Assembly (NCBI GenBank): GCA_049521795.1
Contig: JBEKOM010000002.1
Span: forward strand, 160,001-224,000
DNA from: Candidatus Bathyarchaeia archaeon
GTDB lineage: Archaea > Thermoproteota > Bathyarchaeia > Bathyarchaeales > Bathycorpusculaceae
Length of the DNA: 64,000 nucleotides
Direction: 5' to 3'
Shown: positions 1 through 9,778 of the stretch, piece after piece
Layout of the letters: every line of letters begins with the position of its first letter
Numbering within the stretch: the stretch's first letter is position 1
Notes under the pieces: model-generated
Databases searched by the model: none
Told to the model about the DNA's origin: nothing
What the model saw: the letters and a program-made list of their open reading frames with translations, nothing else
Made by a program: the position numbers and the translations under genes

Positions 1-47
1 CGAGCCGAAGCAGCTTGTTACCAGTGTCCTCTCGAGGAATCTAACAG

Positions 48-389
48 TTGACGAACAAAGACTTCCACAAACTCTTTCTTCAAGCAGTAGACGGTGCCTT
101 CTCATCGCTTGGTGATTCAGCGAGACAATCAATCTACTTCCACCTTGAAACGAGATTCAGGATGCCACGAGACGAAATTCCAGACCGTCTTGAGGATTTC
201 GAGAATGGACTTGAGAAAATCTTCGGAGCAGGAACCAAGTTCTTAGAAATCTTGATAATGAAAAGACTCTACGAAACGATGGAACCCAAGAGAAGAATCA
301 TGAAATGGAATGACGAGAAGGAGTTCAAATTCATCGACTACGTTAAAGCAACGGAACAGAGCTTTTACAAAAAGAAAAGGAAACCCTAG
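48..389 (+). CDS. Small helical protein of archaeal signalling loci (DUF3227/NitrOD5-like)
   Basis: 113 aa; pattern AVDGAFSSLGDSARQSIYFHLE...FENGLEKIFGAG..LE is shared with the next ORF. Confidence 0.6.
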   Translation: MTNKDFHKLFLQAVDGAFSSLGDSARQSIYFHLETRFRMPRDEIPDRLEDFENGLEKIFGAGTKFLEILIMKRLYETMEPKRRIMKWNDEKEFKFIDYVKATEQSFYKKKRKP

Positions 390-436
390 AATCTCCTCTT
401 TAGACTGAATTTACTACCACTGCAAGACCACAGCGC

Positions 437-459
437 CAATTCATATTCAATTCATATTC
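437..459 (+). repeat. 11-bp tandem direct repeat (CAATTCATATT x2) upstream of a TATA-like element
   Basis: caattcatatt-caattcatatt-c at 437-459; TTTATC at ~475-480; ORF starts at 534. Confidence 0.55.
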
Positions 460-533
460 TCAGTTCACAAACGATTTATCAAGGCTTCATCGTGTCTTAT
501 TCTGAACATACGTTAAGTGAGCGAGGGTGACGT

Positions 534-869
534 TTGCCTCAGGGAAAATTCAACAGAGTCCTATTAGACGCAATTGAGGAAGGCTTGTCCTCGCTCGGAG
601 ATTCGCCGAGAGAGGCGATCTTCTACCATCTCGAGACCTCTTTCCGGCTGAAGAAAGAGAACATTCCGCTAAACTTGGCAGAATTCAGGCAGGCCTTGGA
701 AAGAATATTCGGACCGGGAGCTCCATACCTTGAAAAGATCATCATAAGGTGCCTCTACGAAAGGCTGGAGCTAGGTCTTGAAGAGCCGGGACAGGTAGAC
801 TTCGTAGTCTACGTCAACGATGCGAAGAGGCGAGTCACACGCGAAGAGGAGGTGAAACAGCATGGATAA
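534..869 (+). CDS. Paralog of 48..389 (DUF3227/NitrOD5-like)
   Basis: AIEEGLSSLGDSPREAIFYHLE...FRQALERIFGPGAPYLE; overlaps the receiver gene start. Confidence 0.6.
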   Translation: MPQGKFNRVLLDAIEEGLSSLGDSPREAIFYHLETSFRLKKENIPLNLAEFRQALERIFGPGAPYLEKIIIRCLYERLELGLEEPGQVDFVVYVNDAKRRVTREEEVKQHG

Positions 870-1335
870 AACCGTCAGAATCCTCATTGTCGACGACGAC
901 GAAAACATTAGGAAAGTGCTTCTAGCTATACTCGAGGATAAGGGATACACAGTTGAACCTGCGGGAACGGCCAGGGAGGCAGTAGAGAAAAGCAAGAGAA
1001 AATTCTACAACCTGGCTTTAATCGACATTCGACTTCCAGACATGGAAGGGATAGAGCTTCTCACAAAGATGAGAGACACGACGCCTAAGATGCGAAAGGT
1101 AATAATCACAGGCTATCCGACGCTGCAAAACGCCGTAGACGCGGTAAACAAAGGTGCAGACGCTTACATTGTGAAGCCGTTTGACGTTGAAAAAGTCCTG
1201 GAAACGATTGATCACCAACTGAGGAAACAGCAAGAAGAGAAGAAATACAGCCAAGACAAAGTCGCAGAATTCATAGAGGCAAGAGTCAAGGAAATGGGCA
1301 TGGAAACTGAAGTAGCAGAAAAACAAAGGCGATAA
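862..1335 (+). CDS. Response regulator receiver (REC) domain protein
   Basis: ILIVDDD, phospho-acceptor in LIDIRLPDMEG, ITG, YIVKPF. Confidence 0.92.
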   Translation: MDKTVRILIVDDDENIRKVLLAILEDKGYTVEPAGTAREAVEKSKRKFYNLALIDIRLPDMEGIELLTKMRDTTPKMRKVIITGYPTLQNAVDAVNKGADAYIVKPFDVEKVLETIDHQLRKQQEEKKYSQDKVAEFIEARVKEMGMETEVAEKQRR

Positions 1336-1413
1336 GAGTCGATCCTAAACACTTTCAATCCTTTCTTTGCCTTCATGTCCCAGAGGTTCCCCCTTAATCA
1401 TCAGAAGGTTTTG

Positions 1414-2309
1414 TTAGCTTTTTCCCATGAAATTCTTGCGTAGGAACTTGACATGATGGCCAACTTCGAACCCTATGTTCCGCAACAAAGTGACAGACGG
1501 AACGTTGAGCTCCGACGTGTGTAAGACCGCTGTGTCCATTCCTTTTTCAAAGAGAAAGTTCATTGCCCGAACTGTGAGAGCAGACGCGAGTTTTTTCGAA
1601 CGAAACTCGGGGACCGTTGCTGCTGGACCGAGATAGCCTCGCCTTCCACCGAAGAGCGTATTGTATTTCACGGCGGGCATTGCAACGACGACAGACAGTA
1701 TTCTGTCTTCGAGCGTTGCTAAATGAACCCATTCTTCGTCGAAGGGAGGGGACTCAACCTTGCCCTTCTCAACAAAGCCCTGCTTTAGCCTTTCCCATCC
1801 AAACACCGAGTTCACAGTTTCGACAACCTTTTTTTCCTCCTTAGGTCTCGAGCTGCGAATGGTTACACCCTCTGGGGCGGCGGGAAGCGGCCGAACACAC
1901 TCGAGCTTTGCAATCATCTGGTACAGACCGCCCTCAGGCTTGTATCCCCTCTCTATCCAATCACTGGTCCTTGGACTTCCAGCGTCGACTGACGCGAAAA
2001 CAGTTTCCCCGTGGACGCACTTCTCAACCTGCGATACCAGCGTGTTTTCTACGAGTTTTCGGTCGGGCATCGGTTGAACAACAAGCCACCTGATCTCCTC
2101 GCCCCAAAAGCCGTCGTTGTACGTCACGGAGCCCACAGCCTCACCGTTCTCATCGGCAATCAGAATTTAAACTTCCCTTCTTGAATTCTAACGAGCACAT
2201 CGTCTTCCGTGAGCGGAATGTATTCATATGATCCTTCGTTCATCTCATTCAGAAGTTTGACGAGCGCTGACACATCCTTCTTCACGAAGTCTCGAATTTG
2301 AACAGGCAT
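1414..2309 (-). pseudogene. Tandem GNAT acetyltransferase with a 1-nt frameshift near 2165
   Basis: N-terminal frame MPVQIRDFVKKDVSALVKLLNE...GKFKF* from ATG at 2309 continues in another frame as ILIADENGEAVGSVTYND into ORF 1414..2136, which has TVPEFRSKKLASAL and N.PS..L...GF GNAT motifs. Confidence 0.75.
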
Positions 2310-2441
2310 GGTTTGTCTTGATCAGAGGCGGTTGAAAACGTAATAAACGTTTAGATACCTTTCAATTGAGACTGTCCATAGCTCTTCGAAAAGAGCCGCT
2401 TTGGCAAGATTTAAATTCTCCTCCCTGTCTCTGTGCCCTGA

Positions 2442-2771
2442 GTGATGCCTATGGCGTTTTGCTCGAAGTGTGGCGAAAAAGTACCTGAAGAAGCGTATTT
2501 CTGCCCAAAACGCGGTTTCAGAACCAGAAAAGGCGTTGAGGCCGGCGTTGCTGCCCCTATAGAGGATGTGAGAGAAGCCTTCGCTAAGATGGAAAAGCAA
2601 CTTGAAAAAGCATTCACAACCGCCTCAAAAGAGGTGCAGAAGGCGTTCAAAACCGTAACAGAAAACGTCAAAGAAAAAGGTTTTGCAAGACAAGTTGTTT
2701 GCACAAGCTGCGGAGAAAAGAATCCAAGTGGCGCCAGCTTCTGTTACAAATGCGGCAAAAAGATTGACTGA
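2442..2771 (+). CDS. Double zinc-ribbon domain protein
   Basis: CSKCG...FCPKRG and CTSCG...FCYKCG knuckles flanking a helical linker. Confidence 0.8.
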   Translation: MMPMAFCSKCGEKVPEEAYFCPKRGFRTRKGVEAGVAAPIEDVREAFAKMEKQLEKAFTTASKEVQKAFKTVTENVKEKGFARQVVCTSCGEKNPSGASFCYKCGKKID

Positions 2772-2826
2772 TGATGCTCGAATAGATGATGTCATTGGCA
2801 CAAAATTGAGTCGACAGGTGAAAAGT

Positions 2827-3327
2827 TTGAAATGGGTGACTCGCGAGCACGTACACGTGGACAGAACAGCTTGCCCTTGGCTTATAAAGAATTTCGTTGA
2901 TCCAAAAGCAGAGTTCATTTTTGTTCCCATCGAGAAAATCGAAGAAGTCGCCAAAAAGGAGAAGGCAACTCCTTATGATGCTCCGGGAGTCGAGCTGGGA
3001 CACCACGGAGACAAGTCCAGTTTCGACGCAGTTGTTGAGAAGTACGAAATCAAAGACCCCGTGGTACAGGAACTCGCAAAGATCGTGCGAGCCGCAGACA
3101 CAGGTAAACCTGGCGCACTAGAAGCAGCAGGACTCGACGCTGTAATGACAGGAATCTCGATGGCTGCAAAAGATGATCACGAAGCAATAAACAAGGCCTC
3201 CGTCGTGTACGATGCTCTGTACACCTTCTGCAAACTGAAACTGATAAGTGAAAAGCACAAGGCTGAGATTGAAAAACTGGATAGAAGACAGCGCAGAGAG
3301 TTTCTCAGGAAGAAGCTGCAGAAATAG
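2827..3327 (+). CDS. chrB: Chromate resistance ChrB-domain protein
   Basis: KWVTRE.VHVDRTACPWLI..FVDP.AEF, TPYD.PGVELGHHG..SFD, IVRAAD; TTG start at 2827. Confidence 0.85.
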   Translation: MKWVTREHVHVDRTACPWLIKNFVDPKAEFIFVPIEKIEEVAKKEKATPYDAPGVELGHHGDKSSFDAVVEKYEIKDPVVQELAKIVRAADTGKPGALEAAGLDAVMTGISMAAKDDHEAINKASVVYDALYTFCKLKLISEKHKAEIEKLDRRQRREFLRKKLQK

Positions 3328-3409
3328 GCTAGGAAGGGCGTCCAGACAATTCTCCTTATGACTCTAGTTTTATTAAGCCAGCGTTTTGCATATTCAAGCT
3401 GATGTGTGA

Positions 3410-4687
3410 ATGAACTTTCGTTCCAAGGGTACGAAGGAAATCGTCTTCTTGACTGTCTGTGTCATGGGGCTTCTCGCGATCCTCAGCTCCACTATGTCGA
3501 AGACGCCGGTGCTGCCCTACTTCGCCGGTTACCTTAACACCCCGGGATTCTGGGAGGGATTTGTCTATTCCGCATCGACCATTCCGGGAATACTGATCAG
3601 CCTGCCAGCTGGCTCTCTCTCAGATGTTCTGGGAAGAAGGAAGATGTTACTGATTTCAAGCCTCATCTTTGCTTCAGCCCCCTTCCTGTATCTCCTAGTA
3701 AATCTCTGGTGGCAACTTGCCCTCGTGCGTTTCTACCATGGATTCGCAACCGCAATGTTTGTTCCCGTCGCTGAAGCCCTAGTCACGGAGGCTTATCCCA
3801 CTAGACGCGGAGAACGGATCTCGCTCTTCTCTTCCGCCACGGTCATTGGCAGAAGTATTGCTCCCCTGCTTGGAAGCACGATCCTGGTTGTCACGAACCC
3901 AGGACTTCTTCCCGAGCAGTATTCGAATTTTCATGGTCTCTACCTAGCTGTAGGCGTCGTAGGGGTGACCGTCTTCATCACCTCATTGCCTTTTCTGGGA
4001 AAAAACAAGACTGTTGCTGATGTCAAGAAATCAACAAAGGTAGACCTAGGGAAACTGATCCGCGGATGGAAAGACATTGCCAAAACTCATGGCGTGCTCG
4101 CGGTGAGCTTGGTTGAGGCGGGCCAATACTACACGTATGCTTCCATAGAATCCTTCTTCATTAAGTACATGACGTATGTCGCGTTCATCGATGGATTTTC
4201 GCAGGGTGTGATAATGTTCAGCCTAGTGATTGTTGTCGTGCTTTCTAAGCCTCTCATTGGCAGACTTTCAGACAAGACTGGCAGGCGAACGCCAATCGTT
4301 CTCGGCTGCATAGTCAGCTCCATCCCTGTTATTGCGGTGCCCTTTTTCACGCAGTTCTCCGCCTTGTTGATTCTCGCAATGGCCTATGGTTTAGGATTCT
4401 CAATAGTCACCTCTGCAACTACCGCGTTAGTCAGCGAGCTTGTGCCACTCGAAGCCTGCGGAGGCGCCATGGGATTTATAAGTACCCTCATGGATGTGGG
4501 ACAGACGCTCGGACCGATAATCTGCGGCGTCATACTCAGCACGTTCCTGGGATACTTGGGCATCTTTTTCTCCCTCATGATCGTATTGCTGTCAACCGCC
4601 GCAGCGTTTGCGCTGTTTGGAATTGGCCGTTCAGACTCTGAACCTAAAGTTTGTCAAACAGGCAACGAGAAGAAGGTACTGTCGTGA
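3410..4687 (+). CDS. MFS transporter
   Basis: About 12 hydrophobic segments; motif A twice (GSLSDVLGRR, GRLSDKTGRR). Confidence 0.92.
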   Translation: MNFRSKGTKEIVFLTVCVMGLLAILSSTMSKTPVLPYFAGYLNTPGFWEGFVYSASTIPGILISLPAGSLSDVLGRRKMLLISSLIFASAPFLYLLVNLWWQLALVRFYHGFATAMFVPVAEALVTEAYPTRRGERISLFSSATVIGRSIAPLLGSTILVVTNPGLLPEQYSNFHGLYLAVGVVGVTVFITSLPFLGKNKTVADVKKSTKVDLGKLIRGWKDIAKTHGVLAVSLVEAGQYYTYASIESFFIKYMTYVAFIDGFSQGVIMFSLVIVVVLSKPLIGRLSDKTGRRTPIVLGCIVSSIPVIAVPFFTQFSALLILAMAYGLGFSIVTSATTALVSELVPLEACGGAMGFISTLMDVGQTLGPIICGVILSTFLGYLGIFFSLMIVLLSTAAAFALFGIGRSDSEPKVCQTGNEKKVLS

Positions 4688-5193
4688 TCATCATCAGCCA
4701 GCGTCTCAAAATCGTTCCTGCAAAAAGGCTTGAACACCTGACGTTCAACCTGTTCAACTTTAATTTCTTCAGAAGAAGCGAACGTGGGAGGGCCATGCTC
4801 TTTTTTGGGAACTCAGGACAGCTAGCTATGCTAATCGCTGTCCCCTACATCCTAGGATGCGAGCTTGCCTTTTTCAGAGAGGAGAGATACTTCGTCAAGT
4901 TGAAAAATCAAGTAGTCGGCGTTTTCGTCCTCCGCGAGAGATCTGACGCCTTATACGTGGGAAGCTTGGGCGTAGCACCCGAATACAGAAAACGTGGCAT
5001 AGCCACCTTCATTCTAAGCCACTGCACGCAAGTCGCAAAGAGGCTCGGCAAGAAATGGCTAGAACTCACCGTTTTGAAGACGAACATTCCTGCGAGGCAG
5101 CTTTACGAGAGATTTGGCTTCTCGGATGAAGAGGAAAGGAAATGGTCTTTTGTGATGAGAAAAGGAATACACAACAGCAATGAACTCAGCTAG
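4684..5193 (+). CDS. GNAT family N-acetyltransferase
   Basis: LGVAPEYRKRGIA, N.PARQLYERFGF; GTGA overlap with the MFS stop. Confidence 0.85.
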   Translation: MIIISQRLKIVPAKRLEHLTFNLFNFNFFRRSERGRAMLFFGNSGQLAMLIAVPYILGCELAFFREERYFVKLKNQVVGVFVLRERSDALYVGSLGVAPEYRKRGIATFILSHCTQVAKRLGKKWLELTVLKTNIPARQLYERFGFSDEEERKWSFVMRKGIHNSNELS

Positions 5194-5343
5194 AAAGCAG
5201 TTCGATGCGAAAATCTTAAACACCTTCGGTGTTGGCAAGAAATGAGGCCCTTTTGCCTAGATACACCTTCTTTGATAACCTCGTTTGTTGGTGATTATGT
5301 TCACATCGAACATGACCAACCTGCATGTTCTCCAGATAAATTC

Positions 5344-5423
5344 AACCTTATTGTAGAAAGACCTTAAATAAGTAAACGCTAGATACAGCGTTCGCCTCAG
5401 TTGTGAAACACTAACAACTTGCA
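5344..5423 (+). promoter_or_regulatory. nrd operon promoter: BRE/TATA plus NrdR-box-like operators
   Basis: GAAAG..CTTAAATA at ~5356-5370; palindrome ACGCTAGATACAGCGT at 5376-5391 resembles the NrdR box acaCwAtATaTwGtgt; weaker copies 32 bp away at 5408 and 5344. Confidence 0.6.
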
Positions 5424-5444
5424 GAGCGCATACGTGGTGATGCT

Positions 5445-5891
5445 TTGAAGTGTCCTTACTGTGGGTCTGAAAACCTGAAAACTCTCGAAACGAGGGATTC
5501 GCCTGACAACGCGGTCAGAAGACGCAAGGAGTGTGGAGACTGCGAGAGACGGTTCACGACGTACGAGTACATAGAAACGGTTGAGTTGATAGTGAAGAAG
5601 AGGGACGGCAGGCCGGAGCGCTTTGACCTCAACAAGATCATCAGAGGTCTGCAGAAAGCCTGCGAGAAAAGACCCGTGACGATGGAGCGGATCCACGAGC
5701 TGGCAGAGCAGGTCAGGCAAGATCTGATGGCGCCTGGAAAAGAGGAAGTGAGCTCCGAAGAGATCGGGGATTTGGTCATGAAACATCTGAAGAAACTTGA
5801 CCGAGTAGCCTACATCAGGTTCGCCTCGGTCTACAGAAAGTTCGAGGAACCTGAAGATTTCCAGAGATTGCTCAAAGAGGTAAAAGCATGA
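5445..5891 (+). CDS. nrdR: Transcriptional repressor NrdR
   Basis: MKCPYC...RRRKEC..C..RFTTYE zinc ribbon plus ATP cone ending VAYIRFASVYRKF. Confidence 0.96.
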   Translation: MKCPYCGSENLKTLETRDSPDNAVRRRKECGDCERRFTTYEYIETVELIVKKRDGRPERFDLNKIIRGLQKACEKRPVTMERIHELAEQVRQDLMAPGKEEVSSEEIGDLVMKHLKKLDRVAYIRFASVYRKFEEPEDFQRLLKEVKA

Positions 5892-8020
5892 AGTCTGTGA
5901 GAAAACGTGATGGAAAGTTAGAATCCTTTGACCAAGAACGTATAACAAGCGCGATTTGGAAGGCGGCCAAAGCTGTCGGGGGAAAAGACCGCGAGCTGGC
6001 GAAAATGCTCAGCGGTCAGGTAATGGCTCAGCTGAGCCTTCATTTTGGCGAAGACGGTGTTCCCACGGTGGAGGAGATTCAGGACCTGGTTGAAAAAACG
6101 CTCATAGAGAACGGCCATGCAAGAACGGCGAAAGCCTATATCCTGTACCGAAAACAGCATCAGGACCAAAGAGAACTCGCTGCACTCTTGAGCGATGCAG
6201 ACCTTGTGGACCAATATCTGGAGATAGAGGACTGGCGTGTCCGAGAAAACTCCAACATGAGCTATTCACTGCAGGGTTTGAACAATTATCTCTCATCAAC
6301 TGTCATCGCGAAATACTGGATCAGCAGAATCTACCCTCTGAACATCGCAGACGCTCACTTTTCCGGCGATATGCATATCCACGACCTCGGAGTGCTAGGC
6401 GCGTACTGCGTTGGCTGGGACCTAAGGGAACTGCTAACGTCGGGGTTCGGAGGAGTTTCAGGAAAGATCGAGAGCAAGCCGGCTAACCATTTTAGGACGG
6501 CGCTAGGGCAGATTGTCAACTTTTTCTACACTCTTCAAGGCGAAGCCGCAGGAGCTCAGGCCTTCAGCACGTTCGACACGTATCTCGCGCCGTTCATCCG
6601 TCACGACGGCCTGAATCAGAAAGAGGTTGAACAGGGACTGCAGGAATTCTTCTTCAACATGAACGTGCCCACGCGCGTGGGTTTCCAGACGCCCTTCACA
6701 AACGTTACTTTGGACATGACCGTTCCAGATTACATAAAGAATGAGTCTGTAATAATCGGTGGAAAACAGACTAATGCCGCCTACGGAGATATGCAGGCAG
6801 AAATGGACATGTTCAACGCCGCTTTCGCAGACGTGATGAGCCAGGGCGACTCTAAGGCAAGAGTGTTCACTTTTCCGATACCAACGTACTGTGTCACAAA
6901 GGATTTCGACTGGGAATCCTCCATTGCCCGGAAAATCTTCGAGGTCACGGCCAAGTATGGAGTGCCTTACTTCTCCAATTTCATCAACACCGACATGAAG
7001 CCTGAGGACGTCCGAAGCATGTGTTGCCGACTCAGAATCGACAATCGCGAACTGCGCAATCGGGGCGGCGGTTTCTTCGGCGCAAACCCGTTGACGGGGT
7101 CAATAGGCGTTGTGACCCTGAACCTGCCGAGGATCGGGTACTTGGCGAAGGATGAGGACGAATTCTTTGAACGGCTGGAAGCTCTTATGCAAGTTGCCAA
7201 AGACAGCTTGGAAATAAAAAGGAAGGTCCTGGAGACGTTCACTGAAAACGGATTATACCCGTATTCAAAGCGTTATCTTCAGAGCGTCAAAGCGAAACAC
7301 GGCCGCTACTGGCGAAACCACTTCTCAACCATCGGCATACTAGGCATGAATGAGGCGATTCTGAACCTGTTCGGCGTGAGCATCGTCTCGGGCGACGGAA
7401 CAGACTTTGCGATCAGGACGCTTAAGTTCATGCGCAACAGGCTTCTAGAGTATCAGGATGAAACAGACAACATGTACAATCTTGAGGCCACTCCGGCTGA
7501 GGGAACCAGCTACAGACTGGCAAGGATTGACAGAAAGAGGTACCCCGACATCATTGCTGCTAATCAGAAAAACGTGGTGAACGGCGCAGAACCCTTTTAC
7601 ACCAATTCTTCGCAGTTGCCAGTCGATTTTGAGGGTGACCTGTTTGAAGCGTTGGAGCATCAAGACAGACTGCAGACGCTTTACACTGGCGGCACAGTCT
7701 TCCACATCTTTCTGGGCGAGCGGCTTCCTTCATGGAAGGCCTCGGCGGAACTCATTAAGAAAGCCGCTTGGAGTTCGCATCTGCCTTATTTCACGCTTAC
7801 ACCGACTTTCAGCATATGTCCAAGCCACGGCTACATAAAGGGTGAACACAAGCAATGTCCAACTTGTGGAGCAAAGTGCGAAGTGTACTCAAGAGTTGTT
7901 GGCTACCTAAGGCCTGTGGACCAATGGAACGACGGCAAACAGGCGGAGTTTGCCATACGGAAAACCTTTGACAAGTCTGCAGTCATGACCGCGGTTCCAA
8001 CCCAAGTGATAAGCCAATGA
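5888..8020 (+). CDS. nrdD: Anaerobic (class III) ribonucleoside-triphosphate reductase with N-terminal ATP cone
   Basis: ATP cone VRKRDG; HIHDL; finger-loop SMCCRL; EATPAEG; CPSHG..CPTCG; glycyl-radical motif YSRVVGYLRP. Confidence 0.96.
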   Translation: MKSVRKRDGKLESFDQERITSAIWKAAKAVGGKDRELAKMLSGQVMAQLSLHFGEDGVPTVEEIQDLVEKTLIENGHARTAKAYILYRKQHQDQRELAALLSDADLVDQYLEIEDWRVRENSNMSYSLQGLNNYLSSTVIAKYWISRIYPLNIADAHFSGDMHIHDLGVLGAYCVGWDLRELLTSGFGGVSGKIESKPANHFRTALGQIVNFFYTLQGEAAGAQAFSTFDTYLAPFIRHDGLNQKEVEQGLQEFFFNMNVPTRVGFQTPFTNVTLDMTVPDYIKNESVIIGGKQTNAAYGDMQAEMDMFNAAFADVMSQGDSKARVFTFPIPTYCVTKDFDWESSIARKIFEVTAKYGVPYFSNFINTDMKPEDVRSMCCRLRIDNRELRNRGGGFFGANPLTGSIGVVTLNLPRIGYLAKDEDEFFERLEALMQVAKDSLEIKRKVLETFTENGLYPYSKRYLQSVKAKHGRYWRNHFSTIGILGMNEAILNLFGVSIVSGDGTDFAIRTLKFMRNRLLEYQDETDNMYNLEATPAEGTSYRLARIDRKRYPDIIAANQKNVVNGAEPFYTNSSQLPVDFEGDLFEALEHQDRLQTLYTGGTVFHIFLGERLPSWKASAELIKKAAWSSHLPYFTLTPTFSICPSHGYIKGEHKQCPTCGAKCEVYSRVVGYLRPVDQWNDGKQAEFAIRKTFDKSAVMTAVPTQVISQ

Positions 8021-8694
8021 AGTTCAGTGGAATTCAAAAAACCAGTCTGACGGATTTTCCAGGCAGAATATGCTCTGTGCTCTTCACGCCTGGCTGCAAC
8101 CTGCGCTGCCCCTTCTGCCACAACTGGCGCATAGTGGTCAACCCTCAACCACCCTTTCTCAACGAGGAAACGACCCTGAAAATTCTTGAAGAACGCAAAA
8201 AATACGTTGACGCAGTCGTGGTCACCGGCGGAGAACCGACGATCCACAAGGAGCTGCCCAGGTTCTTGAAGAAGCTGAAAGACAGGGGGTTTGCAGTGAA
8301 ATTGGACACCAACGGATTGGACTCTCACATGCTGGAAGAGTGCTTGCAAAGCGTGGATTACGTAGCGTTGGATGTGAAAACGAGCCTGGAGAAATACATG
8401 CTGCTGGGAGCCAGAGACACGGCTGAACTTGTGCGCGCAATGGACATCTTGAAGATGGGCAAAGTCGAGTACGAGTTCAGAACAACGGTCGTGCCGGGCT
8501 TCTTTGAACCTGCAGACGTGTGCGCCATGAGTGGGCTTGTCAACGGCGCAAGAGCATGGGCCTTGCAGCAGTTCGTGCCAGGAGACACGCTTGACAAGAG
8601 CCTGAATGCACTGAAACCGTACACGCCGGAAGCAATGTCCAAGTATGCTGAAGGCATCAGAAACTATGCTGAGGAAATAATTCTTCGAACCTAG
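8017..8694 (+). CDS. nrdG: Class III RNR activating radical-SAM enzyme
   Basis: GCNLRCPFCHN (CxxxCxxC), TGGEPT, KLDTNG; ATGA overlap with nrdD. Confidence 0.93.
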   Translation: MKFSGIQKTSLTDFPGRICSVLFTPGCNLRCPFCHNWRIVVNPQPPFLNEETTLKILEERKKYVDAVVVTGGEPTIHKELPRFLKKLKDRGFAVKLDTNGLDSHMLEECLQSVDYVALDVKTSLEKYMLLGARDTAELVRAMDILKMGKVEYEFRTTVVPGFFEPADVCAMSGLVNGARAWALQQFVPGDTLDKSLNALKPYTPEAMSKYAEGIRNYAEEIILRT

Positions 8695-8844
8695 TTATCG
8701 AAGGTTTGCCCGGTTCACCATTCGACATAAACGACATTTCCACGAGTGATTTCTTCATGATCACCATTCCATCAGTATCAAGCGTAAGGTTTAAGGGTTA
8801 ACGGGTTGTTTAGGTTTGGAATGTTCTGTAACGAGGCTTAAGCT

Positions 8845-9396
8845 TTGAGTAAGAAAGTCGCCACTCTTGAAGAGCGCAAGGCCGAAGTTTTAATTAAACT
8901 CAGAGGATACAAACTCCACAAGAAACAGAAACGCGAAGATGCTGTTGAATACTTGGTCGATATTCCAAGGGACAAGCAGAAGGCCGTCGTTTGGTGCGTT
9001 CCCGGCGAAACCACAGTGGGCATAAACAGCATAAACCGTCTTGCGAAAGCCATGAAAGACGCAGACGTGGAAAGAGGAATAATAGTCACTGACGGAAGAT
9101 ACACGCACGCCGTCAAGCAGGGCGCCAAGAAGAAGAAGATTGAGCTCCTGCCTAAGACATTCCCCGCTTTCGACCTTTTTCAACACAGGCTTGTTCCGAA
9201 GCATGAAATTCTAAGCGAAGAAGAGAAAGCGGAGCTCCTGTTGAAGTACAGGGTGCAACCGTACCAGCTACCGCAGATAAGCTCATTGGACCCAACCGTC
9301 AAGGCGATAGGAGCCAAGCCTGGCGACATACTGCGGGTAATAAGAAAAAGTCCGACAGCCGGCGAGCACCTAGCGTTCAGATACGTTGTAGAATAA
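8845..9396 (+). CDS. rpoH: RNA polymerase subunit Rpo5/RpoH with an RPB5-like N-terminal domain
   Basis: C-terminal HRLVPKHEIL...QLPQI...DP...GAKPGDILRVIRKSPTAG...RYVV; extra ~110-aa N-terminal domain. Confidence 0.92.
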   Translation: MSKKVATLEERKAEVLIKLRGYKLHKKQKREDAVEYLVDIPRDKQKAVVWCVPGETTVGINSINRLAKAMKDADVERGIIVTDGRYTHAVKQGAKKKKIELLPKTFPAFDLFQHRLVPKHEILSEEEKAELLLKYRVQPYQLPQISSLDPTVKAIGAKPGDILRVIRKSPTAGEHLAFRYVVE

Positions 9397-9511
9397 GCCT
9401 ATTTGGCCATCGTGACCTCTGTTGCCTTCACAACGGCCTCAAATTGCTCCAAGGCGTTCATTTGTAAGCCAGACTTCATGTTACTCCGCCTACAGAGGGA
9501 CCCGCCCTGAG

Positions 9512-9736
9512 CTAGGGCTGGACCTTCCTTTCGCTCGCCAGTTCGCACAGAATCACTAATGCCTCGCCGAACGGTATGTTCAGTCTCGCGGCCAAATCTG
9601 CGGGGAATGTCTCGGGTTTTTCGGGGAGAACCGTATCTCTTGTGTAGGCTTTATGATGCGGGTACATGACTAAGGCGTGGACCGTTTCAACCAATACAGG
9701 CCAGAGTTTCTCCCCTGTGTATCCTTCAAAGTTCAT
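9512..9736 (-). CDS. Hypothetical protein, possible small HTH
   Basis: 74 aa ORF with ATG; ADLAARLNIPFGEALVIL resembles a helix-turn-helix. Confidence 0.55.
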   Translation of the reverse strand: MNFEGYTGEKLWPVLVETVHALVMYPHHKAYTRDTVLPEKPETFPADLAARLNIPFGEALVILCELASERKVQP

Positions 9737-9778
9737 GCTCGGTCAGTGTTCTATATTGTTGAAGGTTGAATATTGAAG

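Noticed and set aside
2160-2172. TTTAAAT at the GNAT frameshift as a programmed -1 slippery site
   Set aside because: The heptamer is read TTT-AAA-T in the upstream frame, not X-XXY-YYZ, and I saw no downstream stimulatory structure; a 1-nt deletion is simpler.
5888-8020. Intein or intron in nrdD or the RNAP subunits
   Set aside because: Protein lengths are ordinary and no intein splice motifs or homing endonuclease inserts were seen.
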